From an uncultured Planctomycetota bacterium (GTDB taxonomy: Bacteria > Planctomycetota > Planctomycetia > Pirellulales > Lacipirellulaceae), in NCBI GenBank assembly GCA_963719315.1, contig CAVRBU010000002.1, positions 288,001 through 352,000 on the forward strand: a stretch of DNA of 64,000 bases, in the 5' to 3' direction. Position numbers and translations under genes: made by a program. The notes below the pieces were generated by a model. That model did no database searches, had not been told where the DNA came from, and worked only from the letters and a program-made list of their open reading frames with translations. Within the stretch, counting starts at the first letter, position 1. The number at the start of each line of letters is the position of its first letter. Positions 40,853 through 52,097 of this stretch are shown in pieces.

Positions 40853-41080
40853 ATGTCTTTTATTGAAATGACCGGCAACACGCTGGAGCACATTGTCGCC
40901 GATGATGAGCTCCATCACGACGACCTGTCGGCCGCTGGCGTTAACGACCACACGATCGTACGCGTCAATCGGCAAGGCGATATCGAGGTCCGCCGGCCCA
41001 GCGGTTGGGACGTCATTGGCGGGCTCCTGGGGGAATTTGATGAGCGAATTCGCCGCGAAACCGGTCTGGATTGGGCCTAA
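40853..41080 (+). CDS. Small acidic hypothetical protein
   Basis: Clean 75-aa ORF (VRVNRQGDIEVRR..WDVIGGLLG) filling the intergenic space, with genome-like codon usage. Confidence 0.7.
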   Translation: MSFIEMTGNTLEHIVADDELHHDDLSAAGVNDHTIVRVNRQGDIEVRRPSGWDVIGGLLGEFDERIRRETGLDWA

Positions 41081-41256
41081 GTGACCGCAAATCTTCGCTA
41101 TATTGCAGCCGGTTGTAGCGAAAGTTTCGACTAGGCAGAACACGCTGCCGGGCAACCGTGTCTTTGATCGTACTCGGCGGCAACCACGCTCGCGGCCTTA
41201 TTCACTCGGTGCTACGATGTCGATAGCCGCCCTGCACTTTCTTCATGTGAATTTCT

Positions 41257-41850
41257 ATGTCGCGAACTGCCTCTATCGACCGCAAAACTGCCGAAACGGA
41301 TATCCAGCTTGCCCTCGGCTTGGATGGCGCCGGACGAGCGGACGTAGATACTGGGGTTGGTTTCCTCGATCACATGCTGACGCTGCTTGCCAAACACGCG
41401 GCAATCGATCTGACGGTTCGTGGCACGGGCGATCTGCACGTTGATAAACACCACACGGTCGAGGACACCGGAATTTGCTTGGGACAAGCGCTCAAGCAGG
41501 CGCTCGGAGACAAAGCCGGTATCCGCCGTTACGGCCACTTCACGCTGCCGATGGACGAAACGCTCGCTACGGTAGCGGTGGATTTGGGTGGGCGATTCGC
41601 GCTCACTTTCCGCGCGGATTTCCCGTCGGCCAAGATCGGGGATTTCGACACCGAACTTGTAGAAGAATTCTGGCGTGGGTTCGCCGCCAATTCGATGTGC
41701 AACTTGCACATCCTGGTGCACTATGGCCGCAACAGCCATCACATCAGCGAAGCGATTTTCAAAGCGACCGCTCGCGCGCTGCGGATGGCGATCGAAACCG
41801 ATCCGCGAATGAGTGGAGTGCCCAGCACGAAGGGCACACTTGATGGCTAG
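41257..41850 (+). CDS. hisB: Imidazoleglycerol-phosphate dehydratase
   Basis: [47 protein letters not shown]. Confidence 0.96.
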   Translation: MSRTASIDRKTAETDIQLALGLDGAGRADVDTGVGFLDHMLTLLAKHAAIDLTVRGTGDLHVDKHHTVEDTGICLGQALKQALGDKAGIRRYGHFTLPMDETLATVAVDLGGRFALTFRADFPSAKIGDFDTELVEEFWRGFAANSMCNLHILVHYGRNSHHISEAIFKATARALRMAIETDPRMSGVPSTKGTLDG

Positions 41851-41876
41851 TGGTTTGCGGCGCTGCGCGGCGAAAC

Positions 41877-43244
41877 CTATCCCGGCCGATGGTGTGCCGC
41901 AATCTGCCGGCGCGTCAATTCCTCTTCGTTGACGTAGACTTCGAGAAATCGCGTCAACTTGTGGAAGTCGCTGTCCGGTTCGATGTGGCGGACGACCGTC
42001 ACGAGCGTACTCGGGTCGACCAGTTCCTCGAACGGCACATAACGCAACTGTAACTGGCCGGAGACCGAGACCATGACGCCGTCCAGACCTTTCTCAACCA
42101 ACGCGCGATAACCGCCCACGCCCAATTGGCACCCCAGCATCACATCGAAAGCATGCGGCTTGGCGCACCGCGATTCGTAACCCAACTGCAAGCCGGTGAT
42201 CTTCCGCGACTTCCCGGTTTGAGCTTTGTATTCCTGCGAAATTAGCTCTTTGAAAACGCTGTATAACTGCACGGCTGAGATATTGATATGGCCATGCTCG
42301 TCGCGGTCAATGCCTTCCAAGTGCTTTTCCGGCAATAGCTCGGCCAAGCCTTCGGCGATCACGATGACGCCGTATTCTTTGCCCTCCTTCTCGCGCGTGA
42401 GCATCGTCAGCACTATTCGCTTGATCACCTTGTCAATGTTCATGATCTTGCGCTGGCTGACCTGCCCGGTTGTCGGGTGCTTCACTTCCTCGGTCGACGC
42501 GTAGGCGCCTTCGATATCCTCGACGCTGATCACCAGGCTCGCCTCGCCGGCAATTGCCACGCCATACGCCAGCCAACCCGCGCTGCGGCCCATCGCCTCC
42601 ACAAGAAAATAGGCCCTGTTAGCCTCGGCATCGGCAATCAGATTCCGAACCTCGTTCCCGAGGAAGTCGACTGCCGTGAAGTAACCGAACGTAAAATCGA
42701 TGCCGCGATAATCGTTGTCGATGGTCTTCGGCAAGTGCACGACCGGAATCCGCAGCGCGCCCGGCGGGAGCTTCTCCTGATAAAGCTTGAACTTATTGGC
42801 CGTTTTGAGCGTGTCGTCGCCGCCGATCGAGATCAGTGCATCGACATTGATTGATCGCAGCGCCTCGTAAACCGTCTTAAGAGGCTGTGCACGTTCGGGA
42901 TCGTCCAAATGGGTGGGGTGCGAAATATTTTTGCCAGGGTTCGTGCGGGCCGTGCCCAGAATAATTCCCTGCGAATTCCGCGTCCGCCCCAACATTCGAT
43001 GGCTGACCATTACGTAGTCGCGGCCTTCTACAAGCGGCTTTTCCTGCGAATACTCAACCAAGTGCGAATACCCGTGCAGTACGCCGACGACCTTAATGTC
43101 GTTCCGTAGAAATGCCGTAGCGGCGGTCGAGATTACGGCATTAGCGGCCGGCGCCGGCCCGCCGGCAAACAGAATCGCGACGCGGTGAAAATTGTGTCGC
43201 ATCCGTGGCGGGCCGGCCATCGTTGAAGTCTTGGGGTCGGGCAT
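41877..43244 (-). CDS. pfk: 6-phosphofructokinase, probably PPi-dependent
   Basis: GGPAP, IGGDDT, PKTIDND, EAMGRSAGW, LGYESR. Confidence 0.88.
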   Translation of the reverse strand: MPDPKTSTMAGPPRMRHNFHRVAILFAGGPAPAANAVISTAATAFLRNDIKVVGVLHGYSHLVEYSQEKPLVEGRDYVMVSHRMLGRTRNSQGIILGTARTNPGKNISHPTHLDDPERAQPLKTVYEALRSINVDALISIGGDDTLKTANKFKLYQEKLPPGALRIPVVHLPKTIDNDYRGIDFTFGYFTAVDFLGNEVRNLIADAEANRAYFLVEAMGRSAGWLAYGVAIAGEASLVISVEDIEGAYASTEEVKHPTTGQVSQRKIMNIDKVIKRIVLTMLTREKEGKEYGVIVIAEGLAELLPEKHLEGIDRDEHGHINISAVQLYSVFKELISQEYKAQTGKSRKITGLQLGYESRCAKPHAFDVMLGCQLGVGGYRALVEKGLDGVMVSVSGQLQLRYVPFEELVDPSTLVTVVRHIEPDSDFHKLTRFLEVYVNEEELTRRQIAAHHRPG

Positions 43245-43333
43245 CGCTGGGCTCCAATTCTGAGGATCGCCTGGACGGTTACGCATTGTACCAAACGGCA
43301 ACGACGGCGACCAAGTCCGCGCTGCCGCGCCGG

Positions 43334-44680
43334 TTACTCGGTTAAAAGTGTCCGCTCGACAAACGTGGTATCAATGCGACCTTCGACAAATGCCGTATGG
43401 CTGAGGATTTCCTGATGGATCGGTATGGTGGTTTGAATTCCGTCCACGCGCAGCTCCGCGAGAGCTCGCTTCATGCAGGCGATCGCTTCGGCTCGGGTTG
43501 GCTGATGCACGATCAACTTGCCGATCATCGAATCATAATATGGGGGAACGATGTAGCCGCTGTGGGCGTGCGAGTCAAAACGCACGCCGAAGCCGCCCGG
43601 AGCGATCAACTGCTCGATTTTGCCGGGCGATGGTTGGAAATTGCGGCGCGGGTTCTCGGCATTGATTCGGCACTCGATCGCCGCGCCTCGCTGTACGATA
43701 TCATTCTGCGACCACGGCAATGCCTCGCCCGCCGCCACGCGGATTTGCCACTTGATCAGATCGATGCCAGTCACCATCTCCGTCACCGGGTGCTCGACCT
43801 GGATCCTCGCGTTGACCTCAATGAAATAGAAGCTACCGCCCTTATCGACGATGAATTCGACGGTCGCGGCGTTGGTGTATTTGGCGGCACGAATGAGACT
43901 GCGGGCCGCATCGCACATGGCAGTCCGAGTTTCTGGCGTGATGCTCGTGCTGGGGCTCTCTTCGATCAGTTTCTGGTGCCGCCGCTGCACGCTGCAATCG
44001 CGCTCGAACAAGTGGACCACGTTGCCGTGATGGTCGGCCAGCACCTGGACTTCCACGTGTCGCGGGTGCTCGATGTATTTCTCGAGGTAAACGTCACCGT
44101 TGCCGAACGCCGCCTCGGCTTCAGCTCGCGCTTGTTGCAACGCCGACTTAAGCGCGAGGTCGTTCGACGCCACACGCATGCCGCGGCCTCCGCCGCCAGC
44201 CACGGCTTTGATCAGCACCGGGAAACCAACTTCGTGTGCAAACCTTAGCGCCTCCTGTTCGTCGGAAATAACCCCTTCGCTCCCGGGCACGACAGGCACA
44301 CCTGTTTGCCGAGACAGGTCGCGGGCTGCGTTTTTGTCGCCTAGCCGAGCCATCGCCTCCGGGCTGGGGCCGATGAAATCGATCTTGCAACTGCGGCAGA
44401 TCTCGTTGAAGTGGGCGTTCTCGGCCAAAAACCCATAGCCCGGATGAATTGCCTGCACGTTGCCGACTTCGGCCGCGCTGATCACGCTGGAAATCTTGAG
44501 GTAGCTATCGGCGGCCTTGGCTGGCCCCACACAGTATGCTTCGTCCGCCAATTCGAGATAGCGCGAGCCCCGATCGCCTTCACTAAAGATTGCCACCGTT
44601 CCCACGCCCAGTTCGCGGCACGCCCGGATGATCCGCAACGCAATTTCACCACGGTTGGCTACGAGAATTCGCTGATACAT
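43334..44680 (-). CDS. accC: Acetyl-CoA carboxylase biotin carboxylase subunit
   Basis: [53 protein letters not shown]. Confidence 0.97.
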   Translation of the reverse strand: MYQRILVANRGEIALRIIRACRELGVGTVAIFSEGDRGSRYLELADEAYCVGPAKAADSYLKISSVISAAEVGNVQAIHPGYGFLAENAHFNEICRSCKIDFIGPSPEAMARLGDKNAARDLSRQTGVPVVPGSEGVISDEQEALRFAHEVGFPVLIKAVAGGGGRGMRVASNDLALKSALQQARAEAEAAFGNGDVYLEKYIEHPRHVEVQVLADHHGNVVHLFERDCSVQRRHQKLIEESPSTSITPETRTAMCDAARSLIRAAKYTNAATVEFIVDKGGSFYFIEVNARIQVEHPVTEMVTGIDLIKWQIRVAAGEALPWSQNDIVQRGAAIECRINAENPRRNFQPSPGKIEQLIAPGGFGVRFDSHAHSGYIVPPYYDSMIGKLIVHQPTRAEAIACMKRALAELRVDGIQTTIPIHQEILSHTAFVEGRIDTTFVERTLLTE

Positions 44681-44756
44681 CGAAAGGGTCGAGAGTCGAG
44701 GGCTGAGAGTGGAGGGTTCAGGAAATAGTTGTTCAATCCTCGACTATCAACCGTTC

Positions 44757-45249
44757 TCAATCTGGCTCCACGCGGAAGAGTGGTTGGTTGAATTCGATTG
44801 CATCGCCGGGCTTCGCCATGACGGCGGCGATGCGACCGGCGCACTCCGCGGGGATTTCGTTAAAGACCTTCATCGCTTCCACGATGCAGACCGTCGTCTC
44901 CGGTCCAACATGGTCGCCGACTTTGACGAATGGCGGCGATTCCGGGTTGGCGGCCGAGTAAAACGTCCCCACCATCGGGCTGCGGATAAACGTGGCCTTG
45001 CTGTCGTCGGCTGCCGGCTCGGCCGCCTTCCGCTCGCCGCCACCGGAGCCGCTAGGAACCATTCCCGAGGACGTGGACGGCATCGCCGCCATGGTCACGG
45101 TCTCCGGCCCACGACGCAACCGAATCCGCTGATCGTTTTGCCGCAGATCGATCTCAGACAGGTCGTGCTCGTTCATCAGCTCGATGAATTTTCGCACCTT
45201 GCGGAACGTCGAAGACGTCGCCAGGTGTGGGTGCCGGATTCGAGCTCAT
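44757..45249 (-). CDS. accB: Biotin carboxyl carrier protein (frameshift near 45205)
   Basis: [17 protein letters not shown]. The GGAG RBS and ATG at 45249 ([15 protein letters not shown]) lie in a different frame from [10 protein letters not shown]. Confidence 0.92.
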
Positions 45250-45311
45250 GCAGGTCTCCGTTATTACGATTCAGTGAACAAGCGTTCGCGGCAACAAGCC
45301 GTTATCAGCGA

Positions 45312-46406
45312 TCAGGATGCTAAGACACAATCGTCGAGTTGCTTTGGAACGTCGGAGAGAACCTCGTGACCGGTGCGGGTCACTAGAACGTCATCCTCGA
45401 TTCTCACACCACCCCACCCCGGTACATAAATTCCCGGCTCGACCGTGACAATCATCCCGGGCCGCAGCTTGGTTTTTTGGCCGACAGCTAGCCGCGGCGC
45501 TTCGTGAATCTCCAAGCCAGTGCCGTGCCCCAAGCCATGCCCGAACTTCTTGCCGAATCCCGCGCGAGTGATAATTCGACGCGCGACGCGGTCAATTTCT
45601 TCACACGTCTTGCCGGGACGGATTGCGTCGATCGCCGCGAGCTGCGCCTTTAGCACAACTCCATAAATCTTTCGCAGTTTGGGCGAAATTTTACCGGTCA
45701 CGATGATACGCGTCAAGTCGCTCATATAGAGCCCGGAGTTCACGCCCCAGTCGATGAGCGTGAAGTCGCCGCCTCCGAGTTTGCATTGTGTTGGGCGCGC
45801 ATGAGGGAGCGCCGCGCGAGGACCGACCGCAACGATCGGCGGAAAGCTGAGAGATTTCGCGCCAAACCGCCGCGCTTGATACTCGATCTCGGCAGCAACT
45901 TCGAGCTCGGTCATGTTGGTCGTGAGGCTGGCGCGAACCACTTCGTAAGCACGCCGCGCTTGTCCGCAAGCCACTCGTGTGGCTTCCACTTCGCTCGCGT
46001 CCTTGACGATGCGCAGCCGCTCCACCAGGTTTTCCGTAACAACGATTTCAATATTGGGTAACTCTTTTGCCAGCGATTGCTGCAGAGAAACAGTGGCCGA
46101 ATTGCCCTCAATGCCGAGCCGATCGACCTTTGCATCCGTAATTGCTTTCGACGAACCACACAACATCGTGACTCCCGGCTCGCGGACCTCGAGCCGCAGG
46201 CCGGGACATTCTTCTCCAAGTTGCGTCGTATAGCGCGGATCGGTAACGAGAATTTCGCCATCGAGCGTGACGAGCAAGTAACTGTCGTCGCCGGTGAAGC
46301 CGGTGAGGTAAGTCACGTTCGTGAAACTTGTGACTAACAGCGCATCTGCCTTGGACTCCTTGATGAGAGATCGAAGCTTCTTGCGACGAGAGACAAACGA
46401 TGACAT
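45312..46406 (-). CDS. Xaa-Pro aminopeptidase (M24)
   Basis: YLTGFTG, TDPRY, PHA, DWG...YMSDLTR, GHGLGHG.GLEIHE, TVEPGIY, GVRIEDD. Confidence 0.93.
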   Translation of the reverse strand: MSSFVSRRKKLRSLIKESKADALLVTSFTNVTYLTGFTGDDSYLLVTLDGEILVTDPRYTTQLGEECPGLRLEVREPGVTMLCGSSKAITDAKVDRLGIEGNSATVSLQQSLAKELPNIEIVVTENLVERLRIVKDASEVEATRVACGQARRAYEVVRASLTTNMTELEVAAEIEYQARRFGAKSLSFPPIVAVGPRAALPHARPTQCKLGGGDFTLIDWGVNSGLYMSDLTRIIVTGKISPKLRKIYGVVLKAQLAAIDAIRPGKTCEEIDRVARRIITRAGFGKKFGHGLGHGTGLEIHEAPRLAVGQKTKLRPGMIVTVEPGIYVPGWGGVRIEDDVLVTRTGHEVLSDVPKQLDDCVLAS

Positions 46407-46547
46407 GAAACGTTCCACGCGGACTACTAATTTGCCGGCACTAACGTCCGAAAAGTAATCGAATGACGGATCTTCCACCAAGGCCGTCATCATACTGTGC
46501 CGATAGCAGAAGGCAAAGCGAAGTCAGTTGGACCTAAGCCGTTCACT

Positions 46548-47909
46548 CTAGTCCGGACATCGCTTCCGCCTATTACGATGTCCCAAGGCAATACAAATGG
46601 CCGGCACAAAGCCCAATAAAATGGTGGCCGGCTCAGGAACTGCGTTTCCTCCCGTGAGCCCTAGAAGGGAACTCAAAGCGGCTTCCGAGGCAGAGCCACT
46701 CAACTCATTTCGCCACCTAAAGAAATCATTAATGTCGGTATTGCCGTCGTGCGTCAGGTCACCGTGCGTCCAGGAAGTAATCGACGCCGCACCATCGTTG
46801 CGTCCCCAATTTGCCACGAAGATGGAGACATCGGAATCGTCAACGATGCCGTCCAAGTTCAAATCGCCGACGACCGAATAATCCGCGTGTGCCGTCAAAA
46901 TCGCCGTAATCGAATCATGATAACTTGAAAGGTCGGCGAACGCGGAGGCGTTACCATAAATGGCGTATGCGTTGCCGGTATTGAAATCCTCCTGCGGAAC
47001 GTTTGCCGGACGTGGCAGCGGTCCAGTGTATTTATACGATTGGCCGGCAAAAATGTAATTCGCTATTGAAATCCCGGCAAGTTCCCATTGGCCGTTACGT
47101 TTATGATATACGGCGCTTCCAGAATCTCCGCCAACAATTTGCGCCTCAAAAGGGTTGCTGCTAAATTGATCGAACGTGGTCAAATAGGCGATCGTCCCAT
47201 GGCTTACAACCGTCGTGATGTCTGAGTCGCTGGCGTCAGTTCCTCCGAGAATACTGTCATTGGCAATTCCGTTTGTTCCCCAGCGCTTGTTACCGCCGCC
47301 AATGTGCTTATAGCCACCCATGCAATTCGAACCGCTGCAACTTCCAACTTCCGTCCACGTCGGCGGGTTGGTCGCGGCACTTGTTGTCCAATGGCTCTCC
47401 GCAGAATCCCGAATTTGACCGTAGGATACAAACATCACTTCATCGTTCAATGCCAGCGGTTGTGAAGCGATCGTCAGCGAAGCCAATCCTGGGTCACCAT
47501 TGATGCGATACAGCTGCAAGTCCGCGTTCGGATTCGTCAAATCGGGAACGCTCATCGTGTTCGGCACAATGAAATTCTGATTCGGAATCGGTGTGTACGT
47601 CGGGCCATTGACTACAAACTGAACGGTTGTCAAACCAGTGTGCTTAGCGCTCAAAACCCAGCCATCACCGAGGTAAACGGCGTTAAGAGAAGTCCCAGTG
47701 CGAGCGGCATTCGCCCATCCAGGATCGCCTTCGGTCCAGCCGGGCCCATAAAGCGCCGGACTCATCGATGTATCGGCTGGACTACCGGGAGTAACACCCA
47801 CCAAAACAGCGAACACATGCTGCGGCATGACTAATACTACAGCGACCGACAGTAGTACCGCAGCACTGCCTACTCGCACCCGCAATCTTCGAATACGACT
47901 GTTAACCAT
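46548..47909 (-). CDS. Trypsin-like serine protease with dockerin-like repeat and PEP-CTERM
   Basis: WVLSAKH, ADLQLY, GGDSGS triad; GDLNLDGIVDDSD and GDLTHDGNTDIND; VPEPAT-TM-RNRRKR. Confidence 0.85.
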   Translation of the reverse strand: MVNSRIRRLRVRVGSAAVLLSVAVVLVMPQHVFAVLVGVTPGSPADTSMSPALYGPGWTEGDPGWANAARTGTSLNAVYLGDGWVLSAKHTGLTTVQFVVNGPTYTPIPNQNFIVPNTMSVPDLTNPNADLQLYRINGDPGLASLTIASQPLALNDEVMFVSYGQIRDSAESHWTTSAATNPPTWTEVGSCSGSNCMGGYKHIGGGNKRWGTNGIANDSILGGTDASDSDITTVVSHGTIAYLTTFDQFSSNPFEAQIVGGDSGSAVYHKRNGQWELAGISIANYIFAGQSYKYTGPLPRPANVPQEDFNTGNAYAIYGNASAFADLSSYHDSITAILTAHADYSVVGDLNLDGIVDDSDVSIFVANWGRNDGAASITSWTHGDLTHDGNTDINDFFRWRNELSGSASEAALSSLLGLTGGNAVPEPATILLGFVPAICIALGHRNRRKRCPD

Positions 47910-48006
47910 CGGCTGTGACAAAAGAAGAGCACCCCGTTCCAATTTTCGCGAGTGCCCGTGACGCTGCAATTGCCGGTTCCAGCCGCACTCGCTCTACCGG
48001 TACTTA

Positions 48007-48926
48007 GGACCTATCCCAAAATACGTGAACGGGTGTTATTTCCGTGCGTAGGAAAAGGTGAGGAATGGTTTCCGTTCGAATCTCGTCTTTGCTTGCACGG
48101 AGGTGTACATGCACTGCGATTGGCAGGGCAAATTTGCTTGGATGCCCGAAAAGCTTTGGCGGCAGCTTGAACCCTTGCTGCCGAAGTATCCGCGATCCAC
48201 GAAGGTTGGGCGACCCCGCGCGAATCTGCGCACCGTTGCCAGCGGCATTCTTTATCTGTTGCGCACCGGCTGCCAGTGGAAGGCGCTGCCGCCACAATTT
48301 GGCAGCCCCAGTACCGTTCATCGCTATTTCCAAGAGTGGACTCGCCTGGGTATTTGGCAACGGTTTTGGAAACGGGCGCTGGGGAAGTACGATCAGAAGC
48401 GCGGCATCGCTTGGCGCTGGCAGTCGGTGGACGGCGCGACAACTAAGTCGCCGCTGGGAGGGGAAAAAAACCGGGAAAAACCCCACCGATCGAGGTAAGC
48501 TCGGAGTCAAGCGATCGGTCTTGACCGACGCCCGCGGCGTTCCTCTGGGCGTCGCGATTGACGGCGCCAATGCTCACGACCAACGTCTTCTGCGCGACAC
48601 GCTTCGCTCCATCCCGATTCGACGACCCAGCCGTCGGCGCAAGCAGCACCTGTGTCTCGACAAGGGATACTTTGGCGAACCGTCGACAGCTACGGCGAAT
48701 CGTTTCGGGTACGTGCCTCACATCCGCTGCCGTGGCGAGGAGCAGCGTCGCTGTCGCGCCGGCCACAAAGCTCGACGCTGGGTTGTCGAAGCCGCGCATT
48801 CTTGGACCAACCGCGCCCGCAGGCTCCTGATCCGTTGGGAAAAGAAGGCGGCTAACTATCTTGGGTTCGTTCATCTACAATTCGCCCTCATCGCCTTAAG
48901 GCGATGTGGAATTTTGGGATAGGTCC
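48007..48926 (+). mobile_element. IS5-family insertion sequence (IS1031-like), 920 bp
   Basis: Perfect 16-bp IRs GGACCTATCCCAAAAT / ATTTTGGGATAGGTCC; TTA duplication at 48004-48006 and 48927-48929. Confidence 0.93.
48109..48922 (+). CDS. IS5 transposase in two overlapping frames
   Basis: GRPR...LYLLRTGCQWKALP...STVHRYF, VDG; then DRGKLGVK, DKGY, RWVVEAAHSW; slippery G4A7 at 48460-48470. Confidence 0.92.
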
Positions 48927-49128
48927 TTATTTTACCCGGTATTTGAACTAAGGCCATAAGAAATTGACAGAATCGATATTGCGGCCGATCTGCGATCTTA
49001 CCCACTGCCTTCTGGGGTAGAATAGTACCCCAATGGCGTATTAGCAGCCTCGACTCCTAGTTTCCGGCTCAACGCGAACACTTTATCCCCGTTCATGATT
49101 TGGTTTGTCAAAACCGGCATATTCGATT

Positions 49129-49839
49129 ATGCGAGACCCGCCCCAACCATCGAAAACCGGCCTCTTGCTCAGCGGCGGCATCGACAGCGCCGTCCTCCTA
49201 GCCAAGCGTCTCGAATGCGGTTGGCAAGTCATTCCGTTCTATGTGCGGACGGGGTGCGTTTGGCAACAGGAAGAGATGTCGGCCGTGAGGCGGTTTCTGG
49301 CACGAGTCGCCCAGCCAAACTTATTGGATCTCGTTGAGGTCGAGATGCCGTTAGCGGATTTATACGCTCACCATTGGAGCCTTTCCGGCGTGGGCGTGCC
49401 AAACGACCATTCGCCCGCTGAAGCAGTGTTCCTGCCGGGTCGGAATCCGCTATTGCTCATCAAGCCCGCTCTGTGGTGTCAAATGCACGGAATCGGCCAC
49501 CTCGCTCTCGCCACGCTGTCCGGCAATCCGTTCCGCGATGCGACGCCCGAGTTCTTCGCTCGTTTCGAAGGGATGATCGACGAAGCATTAGGCGGAATGG
49601 TGCAAATTGACCGACCTTTCGAGCACACCGCTAAAGGCAGCGTTTTGGAGATGGGACGCGATCTGCCGCTGGAACTTACATTTTCGTGCCTGGCTCCCGT
49701 TGACGGCATCCACTGCGGACGATGCAACAAGTGCGCCGAGCGGCGCCGCGGGTTTCGCGATATCGGCCTCGATGATCGCACTCAATACTTCGCAACGCCC
49801 GAACTCGCGTCGACGCTTGCGACTAACACACGTAGCTGA
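49129..49839 (+). CDS. queC: 7-cyano-7-deazaguanine synthase (QueC family)
   Basis: LLSGGIDS PP-loop, FLPGRN, TFSC...HCGRCNKCAER Zn site. Confidence 0.87.
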   Translation: MRDPPQPSKTGLLLSGGIDSAVLLAKRLECGWQVIPFYVRTGCVWQQEEMSAVRRFLARVAQPNLLDLVEVEMPLADLYAHHWSLSGVGVPNDHSPAEAVFLPGRNPLLLIKPALWCQMHGIGHLALATLSGNPFRDATPEFFARFEGMIDEALGGMVQIDRPFEHTAKGSVLEMGRDLPLELTFSCLAPVDGIHCGRCNKCAERRRGFRDIGLDDRTQYFATPELASTLATNTRS

Positions 49840-50263
49840 AATCAGCAACGCCGCTTTCAATGCATGCACAGACTGGGCGAAAAAAAGCAGTCCGGGTAGC
49901 TCTTGCAAGCCAACTCCGGACTGCGCCCCCTGGGAATTCGCTACTGATCGCTTGCTGTGCGGTCTCTCGTTGTGCGATCCGTGACAGCGTTTCGCACTGC
50001 CGCCGATCACGAGCAGGCATGTAAGGATATCGGCACGAGACTTCGCAAATCTGTGCCGCTTCTGTCGGTCGTTCGGAACAGTGAATCTGGGAGATTCACG
50101 CCAACTTTCACTCATCAAATTTGACGAATAGGTCGATTTTGAGGGACTAAGGGCAGCAGCCCAGTTTGGGAGCTGCGCGCATTTCGGGCGCAAGCTGGTA
50201 CCGCGACAGAGAACGACTCCGCTAGCGTCAGCCACAATCTGACACGGAAGTGAAAGCACTCAC

Positions 50264-52097
50264 ATGGACGCGAATGGATTGACACATCTGGTATTCGGCC
50301 TGGGAATCGTAGGCGGGGCCCTCGCGGGCTTCAACAAATTGGTGGGTAAGGGTCCCCGCGGCACGCTGTGGATTGTCGCCGCCTGCCTCTTCACATGGTC
50401 TTCGATGCTGCCGATCGCAGTTCGCGATCCAGATAATCTGACTCTTACGCGTGAATGGGTTCTGATCGTTTCCGTGTTGCGCATGTGCGGCTTCGCCGCC
50501 TGCGCGGTCGGCATATTTGATCTCTTTCAACGCCGAACGTCGCGCGAGCGACTCCCGACTGCCGAGCTAATTCTCGCCCAACCGGTCGTTTGGGGTCTCG
50601 CGGTTTGCATTAACTTTTTCGCACTGCTCTATCAAGATGCGATCCAGAGCGCGTTATTGAAGCGGTATTGCGCTGGACATCCGATCGAAATTATCGAGCT
50701 CACGGTGTTTTTCGTGGGCCTCTCCGCCCTCGTGTTGCGCTTCGTCGGTGTCGTCGGTCAATTCCCGTCATTGCGCCTTGCGCCTGCTAGCTCCGGCTCC
50801 CGAGGGCGGAAACACGGTCGCCGATTGCGAGCAGCTTTTGAACCAATTGGAAGAAAATCCTACACTCAGTGAGACTTTTCTTGTTCGCCGACTGCACGAT
50901 GCCCTCGATTTCGTCGGACGTAAGAATTCGGCGGACGCTCTCGAACCGCACCTCCGTCATTTGGAAGAAGTCGAGTCCGTTCGCATCAACGCCGCTTACT
51001 CCATGGTCCGGATCATCATCTGGGCCATCCCGATTCTAGGACTGTTGGGCACCGTCATCGGCATTACGATCGCCGTGGCAAACTTGAACCCCGAGACTCT
51101 GGAAGAATCGATGACGAAGGTCACGCACGGCCTAGGCGTCGCCTTCGATCACACGGCCACTGCCCTCTCGCTCACAATGCTGCTGATGTTTACCAAGGCC
51201 GCAGTAGAGCGGTTGGAAGACATCCTGCTTGCCCGCGTCGATGAGCGCGTGTCACACGAATTAGTAGGTCGATTCCAACAGACCGCCACGAACGACGATC
51301 CCAACGTCGAAGCGATCCGCCGAATGACGAAGCAAGTCGTCGAAGCCATCGAATCGCTTGCGGGCCGGCAAGCCGACATCTGGAAGTCAACAATAGATGG
51401 CGCTCATCAGCAATGGGCCGAGGTGAGCATTGGCGCCGCGCGGACCCTGCGCGAATCGTTTGCCAGCGCAGTCTATAGTGGCATTGAAAAGCACTCGCAG
51501 GCCATCAACGAAGGTGCCGGCGAGCACATTGAGCGCCTCGTCGCAAGCGCCACCAAGCACTCCGAGATGCTCGATCGGAGCGCCCAGCAAACAACCGATC
51601 GACTGCGCGAAGGCCTAGAGAAGCTGGCCGAGCTACTCATCGAGTCACTCGAACGGCACGGCGAGGTCATGACTACCAGCGAAAAGGAACTGGCCGCCGA
51701 GAATCGCCAACACCTCTCCGAAGTCGAAATGGCCCTCGGCATTGCCATGGCCGGAGCGGCGGAACGGCAAGAGCGACTGATCAAACAAAGCGAACACCTG
51801 CTTAAGGAAATGCAAATCGCACTCGTTGAAGCCGCGGGCGCGACCGTCGAGCAGCAGGAGCAATTGATTCGCCAAGGCGACGTGCTGCTAAAGGTCGTTG
51901 ATGCAACGGGCCAAATTACCCGGCTCGAAGAGTCGCTCACACAGAACCTGAGCGCCGTCCAGAAAGCACACAACTTCGAAGACATGGCCCTCAATCTGTC
52001 GGCAGCGATTCAAATGCTGAGTGCCCGCTTAGGGCACCCGATTGGCATTCGATCGAGGGAGGTCGCTGGCGGTGACGCTGCCAGCCAAGCTGCATGA
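50264..52097 (+). CDS. MotA/TolQ/ExbB-family proton-channel protein with long C-terminal coiled-coil tail (frameshift near 50780)
   Basis: WAIPILGLLGTVIGIT and GLGVAFDHTATAL TM pair; several N-terminal TMs; roughly 290-aa helical E/Q/A-rich tail. Confidence 0.82.

Noticed and set aside
43397..44248. Long antisense ORFs (this one; also 54066-55076 and 59772-60593)
   Set aside because: Shadow frames expected opposite real genes in GC-rich DNA; no recognisable motifs.
49129..49839. QueC as part of a Qat or Dpd DNA-modification defence system
   Set aside because: Ordinary short QueC with no qatABD or dpd neighbours; the adjacent IS5 appears incidental.
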